From contig JBJTCH010000383.1 of assembly GCA_046091745.1 (NCBI GenBank), positions 1 to 58,400 of the forward strand: DNA of 58,400 nucleotides, written 5' to 3'. This stretch comes from Opitutaceae bacterium (GTDB taxonomy: Bacteria > Verrucomicrobiota > Verrucomicrobiia > Opitutales > Opitutaceae). The translations under genes were made by a program, and so were the position numbers. Every line of letters starts with the position of its first letter. Position 1 is the stretch's first letter. The notes beneath the pieces were generated by a model. That model made no database searches, was not told the DNA's origin, and saw nothing but the letters and a program-made list of their open reading frames with translations. This document shows, in pieces, positions 1 to 9,084 of the stretch.

Positions 1-1211
1 ACCGGCGCGACCGCCGCGAGCTCGCCTACCGGGGCTCGCTCGCCATTCTGTTTACCCCCGCCGTGGTTGGTCGCATTTAACGGCGCGGCGGACCCGCCGC
101 GCGAGACCGAGAGACCGACCGAAACGGCGGGGCGGATGCCCTGGTTGAAGAGGTCGGTCTCGAGAAAGATCTGGCCGTCGGTGATGGAGATGACGTTCGT
201 CGGGATGTAGGCCGAGACGTCGCCGGCGAGGGTCTCGATGATCGGCAGCGCGGTGAGCGAGCCCTTGCCGTCGAGGCGGGCGGAACGCTCCAGCAGGCGC
301 GAGTGCAGGTAGAAGACGTCGCCCGGGTAGGCCTCGCGGCCGGAGGGACGCTTCAGGATGAGGGAAATCTGGCGGTAGGCGACGGCGTGCTTCGAGAGAT
401 CGTCGTAAACGATCAACGCATCCATGCCGTTTTCCATGAACCACTCGCCCATGGCCGCGCCGGAGTAAGGGGCGAGGTACTGGTTGGCGGGGTTGTCGGC
501 CGCCGGGGCCGCGACGATGATGGTGTACTCGAGCGCGCCCGCAGCCTCGAGGGCGGCGATGGTGCGGACGATGTTGGAATTCTTCTGACCGACGGCGACG
601 TAGATGGAGTAGACCGGGCGGAACTTCGGGTCGCCGCTCGCGAGGCCGACCTTGTTGATCTTCGCCTGGTTGATGATCGTGTCGATCGCGATGGTGGTCT
701 TGCCGGTGCCGCGGTCGCCGATGATCAACTCGCGCTGGCCGCGGCCGATCGGGATCATGGAGTCGATCGCCATGATGCCGGTGAAGAGCGGCTGGGAGAC
801 GGATTTCCGGACGATGATGCCGGGGGCGATCTTCTCGACGGGGAAGAACTCCTTCGCCGCGATCGGGCCCTTGCCGTCGACGGCATTGCCGAGCGCGTCG
901 ACCGTGCGGCCGAGGAGCGCCTTGCCGACGGGCACGGAGAGAAGGCGGCCGGTGGTCTGGACCTCGTCGCCCTCCTTGAGCTTGGAGATGTCACCGAGCA
1001 CGACGCAGCCGACCTCGTCCTCCTCGAGGTTGAGCGCGATGCCGATCGCGCCGCCCGGGAACTGGACCATCTCGTTGTACATGACCTCGGAGAGGCCTTC
1101 GATCTTCGCGACGCCGTCGGCGACCGTGCGGATCACACCGGTGTTCTTCTTGACGGCCTTGCTGGAGAGCTTGGCGATCTGCTGTTCGATTTGTTCGAGG
1201 ACGGAGCTCAT
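1..1211 (-). CDS. atpA: F0F1 ATP synthase subunit alpha (3' end beyond window edge)
   Basis: Not in the ORF track because it runs off the edge. Hand translation from ATG at 1211 gives [15 protein letters not shown]...[15 protein letters not shown] (Walker A)...[22 protein letters not shown]...[19 protein letters not shown]. The last ~95 nt look error-laden. Confidence 0.97.
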   Translation of the reverse strand, partial: MSSVLEQIEQQIAKLSSKAVKKNTGVIRTVADGVAKIEGLSEVMYNEMVQFPGGAIGIALNLEEDEVGCVVLGDISKLKEGDEVQTTGRLLSVPVGKALLGRTVDALGNAVDGKGPIAAKEFFPVEKIAPGIIVRKSVSQPLFTGIMAIDSMIPIGRGQRELIIGDRGTGKTTIAIDTIINQAKINKVGLASGDPKFRPVYSIYVAVGQKNSNIVRTIAALEAAGALEYTIIVAAPAADNPANQYLAPYSGAAMGEWFMENGMDALIVYDDLSKHAVAYRQISLILKRPSGREAYPGDVFYLHSRLLERSARLDGKGSLTALPIIETLAGDVSAYIPTNVISITDGQIFLETDLFNQGIRPAVSVGLSVSRGGSAAPLNATNHGGGKQNGERAPVGELAAVAP

Positions 1212-1249
1212 CGGAAAAACGGGGGGTGGCGGGTTGAAAAGGAAGCGGG

Positions 1250-1645
1250 TCAGACGGCGCGGGCGAGCTGATCGAGCTGGCCGGCGACCGAGGATTCGTA
1301 GACATCGTCGCCGACGCGCACGCGGACACCCGCGATCAGCGCGTCGTTGCGGCGAGCGGAGCTGGTCATGCGCCGGCCGTAGCGGCGCGTCATGGCGGCG
1401 GAGATCGCGTCGAGCACGCCCGCGGCGAGCGGACCCGCGTGGTCCACGACGGCGCGGCTGCGGGCGACCTCGGCGGAGATGAGGCGCTGGTATGCGCGCA
1501 GCACGGCCACGGGATGGGCCGGGCGATGCTTCTCGACGTAGGCGAGCACGCCGGTGACGCGTTCGGCGGAGACTTCCCCGTCGACCACGCTCAGCCGGAA
1601 GAGTTGCCGGGCGAGCTGCTGGACCTGTTTCCGGGCGGATGCCAT
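1250..1645 (-). CDS. atpH: ATP synthase subunit delta (short form, 131 aa)
   Basis: C-terminal part of ORF 1250..2257 from MASARKQV. Has the delta/OSCP C-terminal motif [22 protein letters not shown] and lies between atpF and atpA. Confidence 0.9.
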   Translation of the reverse strand: MASARKQVQQLARQLFRLSVVDGEVSAERVTGVLAYVEKHRPAHPVAVLRAYQRLISAEVARSRAVVDHAGPLAAGVLDAISAAMTRRYGRRMTSSARRNDALIAGVRVRVGDDVYESSVAGQLDQLARAV

Positions 1646-1665
1646 GGCGCGTTGCGGGCGGCGGT

Positions 1666-2202
1666 TCAGACGCCGGAGAGTTCGCGGGCGGCGGTCTCGT
1701 TGTAGGAGGCGCGGTCGGCGTCGGAAAGTTTGCGCGAGAGCACGCGCTCGGTGGTGGTGACGACGAGGCGGGCCACTTCCGCGCGGGCGTCGGCGAGCAT
1801 CTTGCGGTGCTCGAGCTCGATGGCCTGCTGCGCCTTGGCGAGGAGGTCGGCGGACTTGCCGGCGGCTTCCTGCGTCTGGCGGTCGAGGAACTCCTTCGCG
1901 CTGCGGCGGGCGTCCTCCACGATGCGCGCGGCCTCGGTGTTGGCCTGGCGGACGATCGCGGCGCTCTCCTGCTGCGCGGCGGCGAGCTTGGCCTGCATCT
2001 CCTCGGCGTGGCGGATGCCGGCCTCGATCTTCCGGTTGCGCTCCTCCATCGTGGCCGTGACGGGCTTGATGCCGAACTTGTACAGCACGGCGAGGACGAC
2101 CAGGAAGCTGATCACCTGCATGATGATGTACTTCGTCTCGAGGCCGAAGGTCTCGGCGATGCCGGGCTGGGCGGCGGAGGCAAGGAGGAGAGGCAGCGTC
2201 AT
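1666..2202 (-). CDS. atpF: ATP synthase F0 subunit b
   Basis: N-terminal TM helix ([20 protein letters not shown]), then MEERNRKI and a long coiled coil; operon position fits. Confidence 0.95.
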   Translation of the reverse strand: MTLPLLLASAAQPGIAETFGLETKYIIMQVISFLVVLAVLYKFGIKPVTATMEERNRKIEAGIRHAEEMQAKLAAAQQESAAIVRQANTEAARIVEDARRSAKEFLDRQTQEAAGKSADLLAKAQQAIELEHRKMLADARAEVARLVVTTTERVLSRKLSDADRASYNETAARELSGV

Positions 2203-2262
2203 GGCAGGCGGGAAAAGGGGGTTGGCGGCGCGCGGGGCGCGCCGCCGGTATCCACAAATCTA

Positions 2263-2472
2263 TTACTTGGCGAGGAACAGCGCGAGGATGCCGAGACCCT
2301 CGGCGAGCGCCATGCCGATGATGGCCTGGACGAGGACCTTGCCGGAGGCGCCGGGGTTGCGGCCGACGGCCTCGGCGGCCTTGAAGCCGATGAGACCGAC
2401 GCCGAGGGCGGCGCCGAGGAGACCGAACGCGCTGGCGATGTTGCCTTGGAGTTCAGCGAGTACCGTGATCAT
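2263..2472 (-). CDS. atpE: ATP synthase F0 subunit c
   Basis: 69-aa hydrophobic hairpin with GxGxxG, the RNP loop and the ion-binding Glu in ALAEGLG. No E-S/T Na+ signature, so likely H+-type. Confidence 0.96.
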   Translation of the reverse strand: MITVLAELQGNIASAFGLLGAALGVGLIGFKAAEAVGRNPGASGKVLVQAIIGMALAEGLGILALFLAK

Positions 2473-2540
2473 TTTCGTGTTTGGTTTTTTGGTTGGAGTT
2501 CCGCCGTGCGCGCGCGGGGCACGCTCCCGGCGGTAAAGGG

Positions 2541-3425
2541 TCAGTGGTGGGCGCCGTCCCCGTGCGCGCCGTCATGCGCGTGGTCGCCGCCCCCGTGGTT
2601 GCACAGCAGGCCGATGTAGACGGACGTGAGGAGCGTGAAGACGAGCGCCTGGATGACGCCGACGAGCAGCTCCATGAAATAGAAGACGAAGAAGAAGCCG
2701 GTGCCGTGAAGCAGGTTCTCGCCGCCGAAGACGTTGCCGAAGAGACGCACGGACAGCGTGAACGGGCGGATGACGATCGAGAAGACCTCGATGAGCCCGA
2801 CGACGAGGAACACGAGCGACAGAACCGGATAGAGCCAGCCCGGCGTCTCCGACTTGTCGGCCTTGTTGCCGAAGAGGTCCTTCAGGATGAGCTTCGGACC
2901 GGCGAACTTGAACACGATGATCGCCCAGGCACCGAACGAAATGAGCGCGAGCGCGATGGTGCCGTTGAAGTCGGCGTTGTGCGGGCGGATCCACGGGCGC
3001 GTGAGGTGGAAGTGACCGTCGACCGGATTGACCTGTCCCCAGCCCATGGTGCCGACGCCCGGCAGCAGGCCCATCCAGTTATGGAACAGGATGAAGATGA
3101 AAAAAGTGACCAGCAGCGGGAACGAGGCGGGAAACGCGTGCTTTCCGACGATGGGTTCGAAAATTCCGCGCAGGCCCTCGATCAGCGATTCGATCACCGC
3201 CTGTCCCTTGGACGGAATGATGGAGGGCTTGCCGATGAGCCAGAGCACGAAACCGACGAGCAACCCCGACACCGCCCAGCCGGTCGCCATGGCGTTGGTG
3301 ATCGCCCAGCCGTTACCGAAATCGATCAACTTCGCCGCGCCGGGCGCCACCCCCTCCGCCGCGAGCGGCGAAGCGCCAAGCAGCGTAACGGTGAAAATGG
3401 AAGCGAAGCGGGAGAACCGGGACAT
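2541..3425 (-). CDS. atpB: ATP synthase F0 subunit a
   Basis: IPSKGQ..IE, NWMGLLPG, RPFTLSVRLFGN (essential Arg) and QALVFTLLTSVYI motifs. Confidence 0.96.
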   Translation of the reverse strand: MSRFSRFASIFTVTLLGASPLAAEGVAPGAAKLIDFGNGWAITNAMATGWAVSGLLVGFVLWLIGKPSIIPSKGQAVIESLIEGLRGIFEPIVGKHAFPASFPLLVTFFIFILFHNWMGLLPGVGTMGWGQVNPVDGHFHLTRPWIRPHNADFNGTIALALISFGAWAIIVFKFAGPKLILKDLFGNKADKSETPGWLYPVLSLVFLVVGLIEVFSIVIRPFTLSVRLFGNVFGGENLLHGTGFFFVFYFMELLVGVIQALVFTLLTSVYIGLLCNHGGGDHAHDGAHGDGAHH

Positions 3426-3461
3426 GCGCGCGGGAGCGGGTGGCGGTTGGGAAAACGCGAA

Positions 3462-3491
3462 GAAAAGGCCTTCGCGTCAGGCTCCGTCAAC
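3462..3491 (-). promoter_or_regulatory. candidate sigma70-type promoter of the atp operon
   Basis: Minus strand reads TTGACG-N18-TTTTCT, about 36 nt upstream of the atpB ATG. Good -35, weak -10. Confidence 0.35.
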
Positions 3492-3546
3492 CCCTGAAAC
3501 GGCCCGTGGGAGGTATTCGGGTTTCTGGGGTTGGGATACGTCCGCG

Positions 3547-4161
3547 CTAATGCAGTTTCGGTGGCGACGATGTAGCCCTGCGGAGCTGGGCGACCAGCGA
3601 ATCGTGCGTGGGGGCGCGTTGTTGGAAGACCGTCTCGTGTTCGAAAATCCAAGGTTCCTTCGTGATCTCCCACTCGGGGTGGGCCGCCACGGCGGTGGAG
3701 GCGTCTTCGTAGTACGGCCGGAAGTCCGTCCGGAAGTAGAGTCGGCATTCTTGGGCGGCATGCTGGGCCGCCGAAGTGAGGAAATTGGCCTCCAGGAGCC
3801 GGTTCTTGTGGTGCCGGAGCTTCGGCCAAGGGTCGGGAAAGAGGAGAATGTAGTGGGCGATGCGGACGCCGGCGGGCAGCTGTTCCAGGAACAGCCGGGC
3901 TTCTGCTTGGATGAAGTGGAGATTCCGGAGTCCGGCCCGATCCCGTTTACGGCGCGCCCGATCGATCCGGTCGCCGACGAGGTCGATGCCGATGCAGGTG
4001 AGGGTTGGGTTGGCGGTGGCGAACGCGGTGAGGAAGTGGCCATGGCCACAGCCGATCTCGCAGTGGAAACTCCCCTCCCCGCGCGGAAAAATCGCCGCAA
4101 GTTCGGCGCTCAGTCCGCGGCGTCGTTCCTCGATCAGGGCGGCGTAACGAGGGGTAATCAT
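3547..4161 (-). CDS. trmB: tRNA (guanine-N7)-methyltransferase TrmB
   Basis: EIGCGHG SAM motif, [15 protein letters not shown] and RTD motifs. ATG at 4161 overlaps the mnmG stop (ATGA). Confidence 0.88.
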   Translation of the reverse strand: MITPRYAALIEERRRGLSAELAAIFPRGEGSFHCEIGCGHGHFLTAFATANPTLTCIGIDLVGDRIDRARRKRDRAGLRNLHFIQAEARLFLEQLPAGVRIAHYILLFPDPWPKLRHHKNRLLEANFLTSAAQHAAQECRLYFRTDFRPYYEDASTAVAAHPEWEITKEPWIFEHETVFQQRAPTHDSLVAQLRRATSSPPKLH

Positions 4162-6077
4162 GGGGTCGCTCCCTCCGAGGCGGGAGAGCTGGCGGGGTCC
4201 TTCCCCTGCCCTCGCCGGCTGGCCTCGATCCAAACCAGCAAGAGGCTGATATCGGAGGGGTTAACCCCGCTGATGCGGCTGGCTTGGGCGAGGGTCATCG
4301 GCTTCAACTGAGCAAGTTTTAAAGCGCTTTCTTTCCTTAAGCCAATGATATTGAGGTAATTAATGCTATTCGGGATCCGGATCTTTTCGATTTCGCTTAA
4401 TTTGGCGATTTGGCGCTCTTCCCTCTCGAGATAGCCGCGGTAAGCGACGCGATAGAGAACGTTCTCGCGAATGGAGGGATCGGCCACGCGGAGGCCGTCG
4501 GGCAAGGGGGCGGTGGGTCGGTTGCGGCGGATGCCGTCGGCCCAGGTCCCCTCTCCTGCCCCGCTTCGCTCCCGCTCCAAGCGCTGTATCCAGGATTCAA
4601 TCGAGGCACGTTTTTCCTCGATGCGCCGCAGACGGGATTCGGGCAGCAGGCCGTGTTGTTTCGCGTGATGATGCAGCCGCAATTCGGCGCTGCCGTGGTT
4701 GAAGAGCAGGCGGTGCTCTGCCCGGCTGGTGAACATGCGGTAAGGCTCGCTGGTGCCCTTGGTGACGAGGTCGTCGATCAAAACGCCGAGGTAGGCTTCG
4801 TGACGTCCAATCAACATGGGTTCCGCTCCCCTCACCTTATTGACGGCATTCACCCCAGCCACGAGCCCTTGGGCGGCGGCTTCCTCGTACCCGGAAGTGC
4901 CGTTGATTTGCCCGGCCAGAAACAACCCCTCCACGCGCTTGGACTCGAGTGATGGGAATAATTGCGTGGGTGGCGCGAAGTCGTATTCGACGGCGTAGGC
5001 CGGCCGCAGCAGGACGGCGTTTTCGAGTCCCGGCACGCTGCGGACCATGCGCAGCTGGACGTCGAAAGGCAGACTTGTTGACAGGCCATTCACATAAAAT
5101 TCGTTCGTGGAACGGCCCTCGGGTTCGAGGAAAAGCAAGTGCCGCGGCTTGTCGGCAAAGCGGACAAATTTGTCCTCGATACTGGGGCAATACCTTGGTC
5201 CGACGCCTTCTATGTCACCGCTGTACATTGCCGACAGGTGCAGGTTGTGGCGCACGAGGTCGGCGGTCTCGGCCGTCGTGTAGGTCATCCAGCAGGAAAC
5301 TTGTTCACAACCCGGCTTCCAGCCCAGCCGGGTTTCACCGGTATGTTCCACGTGGAACAATTCCTCCGCGTCCCGTGTGTCGTGGAACGCAAACAGTGTC
5401 GGCTCCGGATCGCCTTTCTGTTCCTGCATCGCCGCGAAGTTGATGCTGCGGCCTAGTAGCCGAGGCGGCGTACCGGTCTTGAGCCGTTGCAGCTCGATGC
5501 CGGCCTCCGTCAAGCTGGCCGATAGCGTCTTGGCGCTGAAGTCTCCCAAGCGGCCGCCTTCGTTCTTATTGGTCCCGATGTGCATCAGGCCACGCAGAAA
5601 CGTACCGGTGGTTACCACGACGGTATGGCCATGGAATTCGAGATCCAGGTTCGTCCGGCACCCGGTCACGCGACCGGCGCGATAAATCAACCCCGTGACG
5701 GTGGCCTGGAAAACCTGCAGGTTCGGCTGGAGCTCCAGCGTGTGCTTCAGCCGAAATTGGTAGGCCTTTTTATCGCATTGGGCCCGCGGTGACTGAACCG
5801 CCGGGCCCTTGGACTCATTCAGCAACCGGAACTGGATGCCCGTTACGTCCGTATTGATTGCCATCTCGCCGCCCAACGCGTCGATTTCCCGCACCATCTG
5901 GCCTTTGGCTTGGCCGCCAATTGCCGGATTGCAGCTCATCTGAGCGATGGTGTCGATATTACCGGTGAGGAGCAGGGTGGAGGCTCCCATTCGGGCGGCC
6001 GCCAGGGCGGCCTCGACACCGGCGTGGCCGGCGCCGCAAACAATCACGTCGAAGGGGCGATCGGAATTAAACGGCAT
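4158..6077 (-). CDS. mnmG: tRNA U34 carboxymethylaminomethyl modification enzyme MnmG (GidA)
   Basis: [71 protein letters not shown]. Confidence 0.98.
   Translation of the reverse strand: MPFNSDRPFDVIVCGAGHAGVEAALAAARMGASTLLLTGNIDTIAQMSCNPAIGGQAKGQMVREIDALGGEMAINTDVTGIQFRLLNESKGPAVQSPRAQCDKKAYQFRLKHTLELQPNLQVFQATVTGLIYRAGRVTGCRTNLDLEFHGHTVVVTTGTFLRGLMHIGTNKNEGGRLGDFSAKTLSASLTEAGIELQRLKTGTPPRLLGRSINFAAMQEQKGDPEPTLFAFHDTRDAEELFHVEHTGETRLGWKPGCEQVSCWMTYTTAETADLVRHNLHLSAMYSGDIEGVGPRYCPSIEDKFVRFADKPRHLLFLEPEGRSTNEFYVNGLSTSLPFDVQLRMVRSVPGLENAVLLRPAYAVEYDFAPPTQLFPSLESKRVEGLFLAGQINGTSGYEEAAAQGLVAGVNAVNKVRGAEPMLIGRHEAYLGVLIDDLVTKGTSEPYRMFTSRAEHRLLFNHGSAELRLHHHAKQHGLLPESRLRRIEEKRASIESWIQRLERERSGAGEGTWADGIRRNRPTAPLPDGLRVADPSIRENVLYRVAYRGYLEREERQIAKLSEIEKIRIPNSINYLNIIGLRKESALKLAQLKPMTLAQASRISGVNPSDISLLLVWIEASRRGQGKDPASSPASEGATP
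5344..5359. other. parS centromere-like site (ParB binding) inside mnmG
   Basis: Perfect 16-bp palindrome TGTTCCACGTGGAACA matching the widespread parS consensus TGTTNCACGTGNAACA. It is read as LFHVEH in MnmG. Confidence 0.85.
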
Positions 6078-6143
6078 GCGCTAAAACGGTCAGAGGGCGG
6101 GGGAGTGCCGGAGTCGCAACGTGGGTTTTCCTTGGTCGGTCGG

Positions 6144-7505
6144 CTATTTCCCGATGCAGAACGTGGCGAAGAGTCGGTCCAACATCCGCTCATTATCGAT
6201 CCGCCCGGTAATCTCGCCGATCGCATCGAGGGCGGCGCGAAGGTCGCTGGCGAGTAATTCGGCGGCCTCGGACGCGGCGAGTTTGGCTTGGGCGGCCTTC
6301 AAAGCTTCCGCGGCCGTTTGGAGGGAGAGGGCGTGGCGGGCGTTGATCGCGACACGATCAGATGGGTCATAACCCATTCTATCACAAAGCGTTGTAATTC
6401 TTTCAGCCAAGGCCTCCAAGCCCGCACCCGTCAACGCGGAGACCTTTTCGATGCTGGCTTCTTCCGTCAGGAGACGCGGTATCGCCGGATGGGGTGCCAG
6501 GTCGACCTTGTTGATGACCAGCAGGGTGTTTTTCGCGTTCATGCGTGCGACGAGCTCGGCGGGGAAGGGCGGGGGAGTCGCGTCCGTGGCGTCCACCACC
6601 ACGAGGAACAAGTCGGCCGTCAGAGCCCGTTCCAGCGCCTTGGCGATACCCATTCCCTCCAGCAGGCCCGGCGCACGATTGAAACCAGCGGTATCGATCA
6701 GCCGAAGGCAATGGGGCCCGAGGATCACCTTTTCCTCAATAAAGTCCCGGGTTGTGCCCGGCTCCGGGCTGACCAACGCCCGTTCCTGGCCCACTAATCG
6801 GTTCAAAAGGCTGCTCTTGCCTGCATTCGGAGCGCCCAGAATGACGGTTTTAATGCCGTCACGCAGGATGTCGCCATAGCGCGATGTGGCTTCCAAACGG
6901 TTGATATCCAGCAGGATATAAGCGATCTGATCGGCCACCAGCCGTCGGTCCTCCCCGGGCAGATCCTCGTCTGGAAAATCGATGTAGGCCTCGATCCGCG
7001 CCAACGCGTCCAACAACCCATCCGTGGGTTCCAGCAGCCGGCGCCCCAACCCGCCGCGGAGTTGTTCGTGCGCGGCCGCCAGCGCGCGGTCACCTCGGGC
7101 CCGGATCACATCCATCACCGCCTCGGCCTGGGTGAGATCCATCCGGCCGCTCAGAAAAGCGCGCTGCGTGAACTCCCCGGGTTCCGCCAGACGACAACCA
7201 CGCCTCCGCAGGTCCTCCAGGATGCGCCGCACGATGAACGGATTCCCGTGACACGAGATCTCCAGGGTGTCCTCGCCGGTGTACGAACGCGGTCCCGCGA
7301 AAAAAGTCAGGACCACCTCGTCGAGCTCCGCGCCGTCCGCCGTGCGGTAGGCGCGACGAACCGCGCGGCGGGGCGGGGGAGGGGAGCCCGCCAGCTCCGT
7401 CGCGATCCGCTTCGTATCGCTACCACTGATACGAACCACCGCGAGCGCCGACTCCCCCGCCGGGGTGGCGGCCGCGCAGATCGTGCCGGCGTGGATGACG
7501 CTCAT
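6144..7505 (-). CDS. mnmE: tRNA modification GTPase MnmE (TrmE)
   Basis: TICAAATPAG, PRSYTGED, EPGEFTQRAF, GAPNAGKSS, GTTRD, DTAG, NKVD, C-terminal FCIGK. Start taken at MSVIHAG. Confidence 0.97.
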   Translation of the reverse strand: MSVIHAGTICAAATPAGESALAVVRISGSDTKRIATELAGSPPPPRRAVRRAYRTADGAELDEVVLTFFAGPRSYTGEDTLEISCHGNPFIVRRILEDLRRRGCRLAEPGEFTQRAFLSGRMDLTQAEAVMDVIRARGDRALAAAHEQLRGGLGRRLLEPTDGLLDALARIEAYIDFPDEDLPGEDRRLVADQIAYILLDINRLEATSRYGDILRDGIKTVILGAPNAGKSSLLNRLVGQERALVSPEPGTTRDFIEEKVILGPHCLRLIDTAGFNRAPGLLEGMGIAKALERALTADLFLVVVDATDATPPPFPAELVARMNAKNTLLVINKVDLAPHPAIPRLLTEEASIEKVSALTGAGLEALAERITTLCDRMGYDPSDRVAINARHALSLQTAAEALKAAQAKLAASEAAELLASDLRAALDAIGEITGRIDNERMLDRLFATFCIGK

Positions 7506-7599
7506 CGCCGCACGCTCCGCGGCCGCGTGGACCGAGTCAACCGGCCGCGCGACGCCGCCCCGCGGTTGCGCCACGCGCGGAACAGGATTCGGTGGCGGG

Positions 7600-9033
7600 A
7601 TGCATGCCGCCCTTCTGCGCCCGGTTTTCCCCGTCCTGCTGTTCGCCGCGTTGACCGCGGCCGCGCGCGCCGCGCAACCGGCCGCGCCGTTTCCCGCCTG
7701 GTCCGCGTTGGAGGCGGAGACGATGCGGCATTTCCAGGCGCTGGTGCGGCTCGACACCAGTGATCCGCCCGGCAACGAGGCGCCCGCGGTCGATTATCTG
7801 CGCGGTGTGCTCGAGGCGGAGGGGATCGCGGTGCGGGTGTTCTCGCTCGAGCCGCACCGGCCCAATCTCGTCGCGCGGTTGCGCGGCAACGGCGCCAAGC
7901 GCCCGCTGCTCATCATGGCCCACACCGACGTGGTGAACGTCGACCCGCGCAAGTGGCGCCATCCACCGTTCGGTGCCGTGCGCGAGGGCGGCTGGGTCTA
8001 CGGACGCGGCACCATCGACGACAAGGACAACGTCACCGCCGCGCTGATGACGATGCTGTTGCTCAAGCGCGGCGGCGTGCCGCTCGACCGCGACGTGATC
8101 TTTCTCGCCGAGGCGGGGGAGGAAGGCTCGGTGCGCCACGGCATCGAGTTCATGGTCCGCGAGCACTTCGCCGAGATCGACGCCGAGTTCTGTCTCGCCG
8201 AGGGCGGCAGCGTGCTGCGGCGCGGCGGCCAGCCCCAGTACGGCAGCGTGCAGACGACGGAGAAGATTCCCAACCGCATCCGCCTCGTCGCGCGCGGCAC
8301 CGCCGGCCACGGCTCCGTGCCGTTGCGCTCGAACGCGGTGGTTCACCTCGCGAAGGCGATCGCGCGGATTTCGGAGTGGCGCACGCCGATGCGGCTCAAC
8401 GAGACCACCCGCGCCTTCTTTGAGCGGCTGGCCGAGATCAGCCCGCCCGAGGAGGCGGCGCGCTACCGCGCCGTCCTGCAGGGCGACGAGAGCGGCCGCG
8501 CGCAGGAGCACTTCGCCGAGAAGGAGCCGCGGTTGTACTCGACCCTGCGCACCTCGATCTCGCCGACGATGATCAACGCCGGTTACCGCGTGAACGTGAT
8601 CCCCTCCGAGGTGGACGCCACGCTCGACGTGCGCGCGCTGCCCGATGAGGATATGAACCGCTTTATCGAAGAGTTGCGCCGCGTGATCGACGATCCGGCC
8701 GTGACCGTCGAGCGGGCCACGGGCCATAGCCGTCCCGGTGCTCCACCCTCGAGCCTGCACACGGAGGCGTTCGAGGTGATCGAGGGTGCGATCCGGCGCG
8801 AGTACGGCGTGGTGACTTTGCCGACGATGAGCACCGGCGCCACGGACATGGCGTTTCTGCGCGCGAAGGGAATCCAGTGCTTCGGGATCGGTCCGATGAT
8901 CGACAGCGAGGACGCGCTGAAAGGATACGGCGCGCACAGCGATCAGGAGCGGATCCTCGAGGAGGCGCTCCACCGGTTCGTGCGCTTCAACTGGGACGTG
9001 GTCACGCGCCTCGCGGCGACGGCCGCGCGATGA
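7600..9033 (+). CDS. secreted M20/M25/M40 family metallopeptidase/amidohydrolase
   Basis: Signal peptide; AHTDVV, YGRGTIDDK, AGEEG, GHGS, GATD, GAHSDQE metal-ligand motifs. Confidence 0.88.
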   Translation: MHAALLRPVFPVLLFAALTAAARAAQPAAPFPAWSALEAETMRHFQALVRLDTSDPPGNEAPAVDYLRGVLEAEGIAVRVFSLEPHRPNLVARLRGNGAKRPLLIMAHTDVVNVDPRKWRHPPFGAVREGGWVYGRGTIDDKDNVTAALMTMLLLKRGGVPLDRDVIFLAEAGEEGSVRHGIEFMVREHFAEIDAEFCLAEGGSVLRRGGQPQYGSVQTTEKIPNRIRLVARGTAGHGSVPLRSNAVVHLAKAIARISEWRTPMRLNETTRAFFERLAEISPPEEAARYRAVLQGDESGRAQEHFAEKEPRLYSTLRTSISPTMINAGYRVNVIPSEVDATLDVRALPDEDMNRFIEELRRVIDDPAVTVERATGHSRPGAPPSSLHTEAFEVIEGAIRREYGVVTLPTMSTGATDMAFLRAKGIQCFGIGPMIDSEDALKGYGAHSDQERILEEALHRFVRFNWDVVTRLAATAAR

Positions 9034-9084
9034 AGACTCGCCCCGTGTGAACCGGCAGTCGCACCGGCCGGGCCGGTGGCGTGC

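Noticed and set aside
2248-2256. DnaA-box-like GTATCCACA (and TTGTTCACA at 5301) suggesting oriC
   Set aside because: Isolated one-mismatch boxes, no cluster, no intergenic unwinding element and no dnaA in the window.
2263-2472. Na+-translocating ATP synthase or N-ATPase
   Set aside because: Subunit c lacks the Q...ES/T Na+ signature and the gene order is the standard atpBEFHA.
5344-5359. LexA box inside mnmG
   Set aside because: Spacing is TGTTC-N6-GAACA, not N4, and the full 16-mer fits parS.
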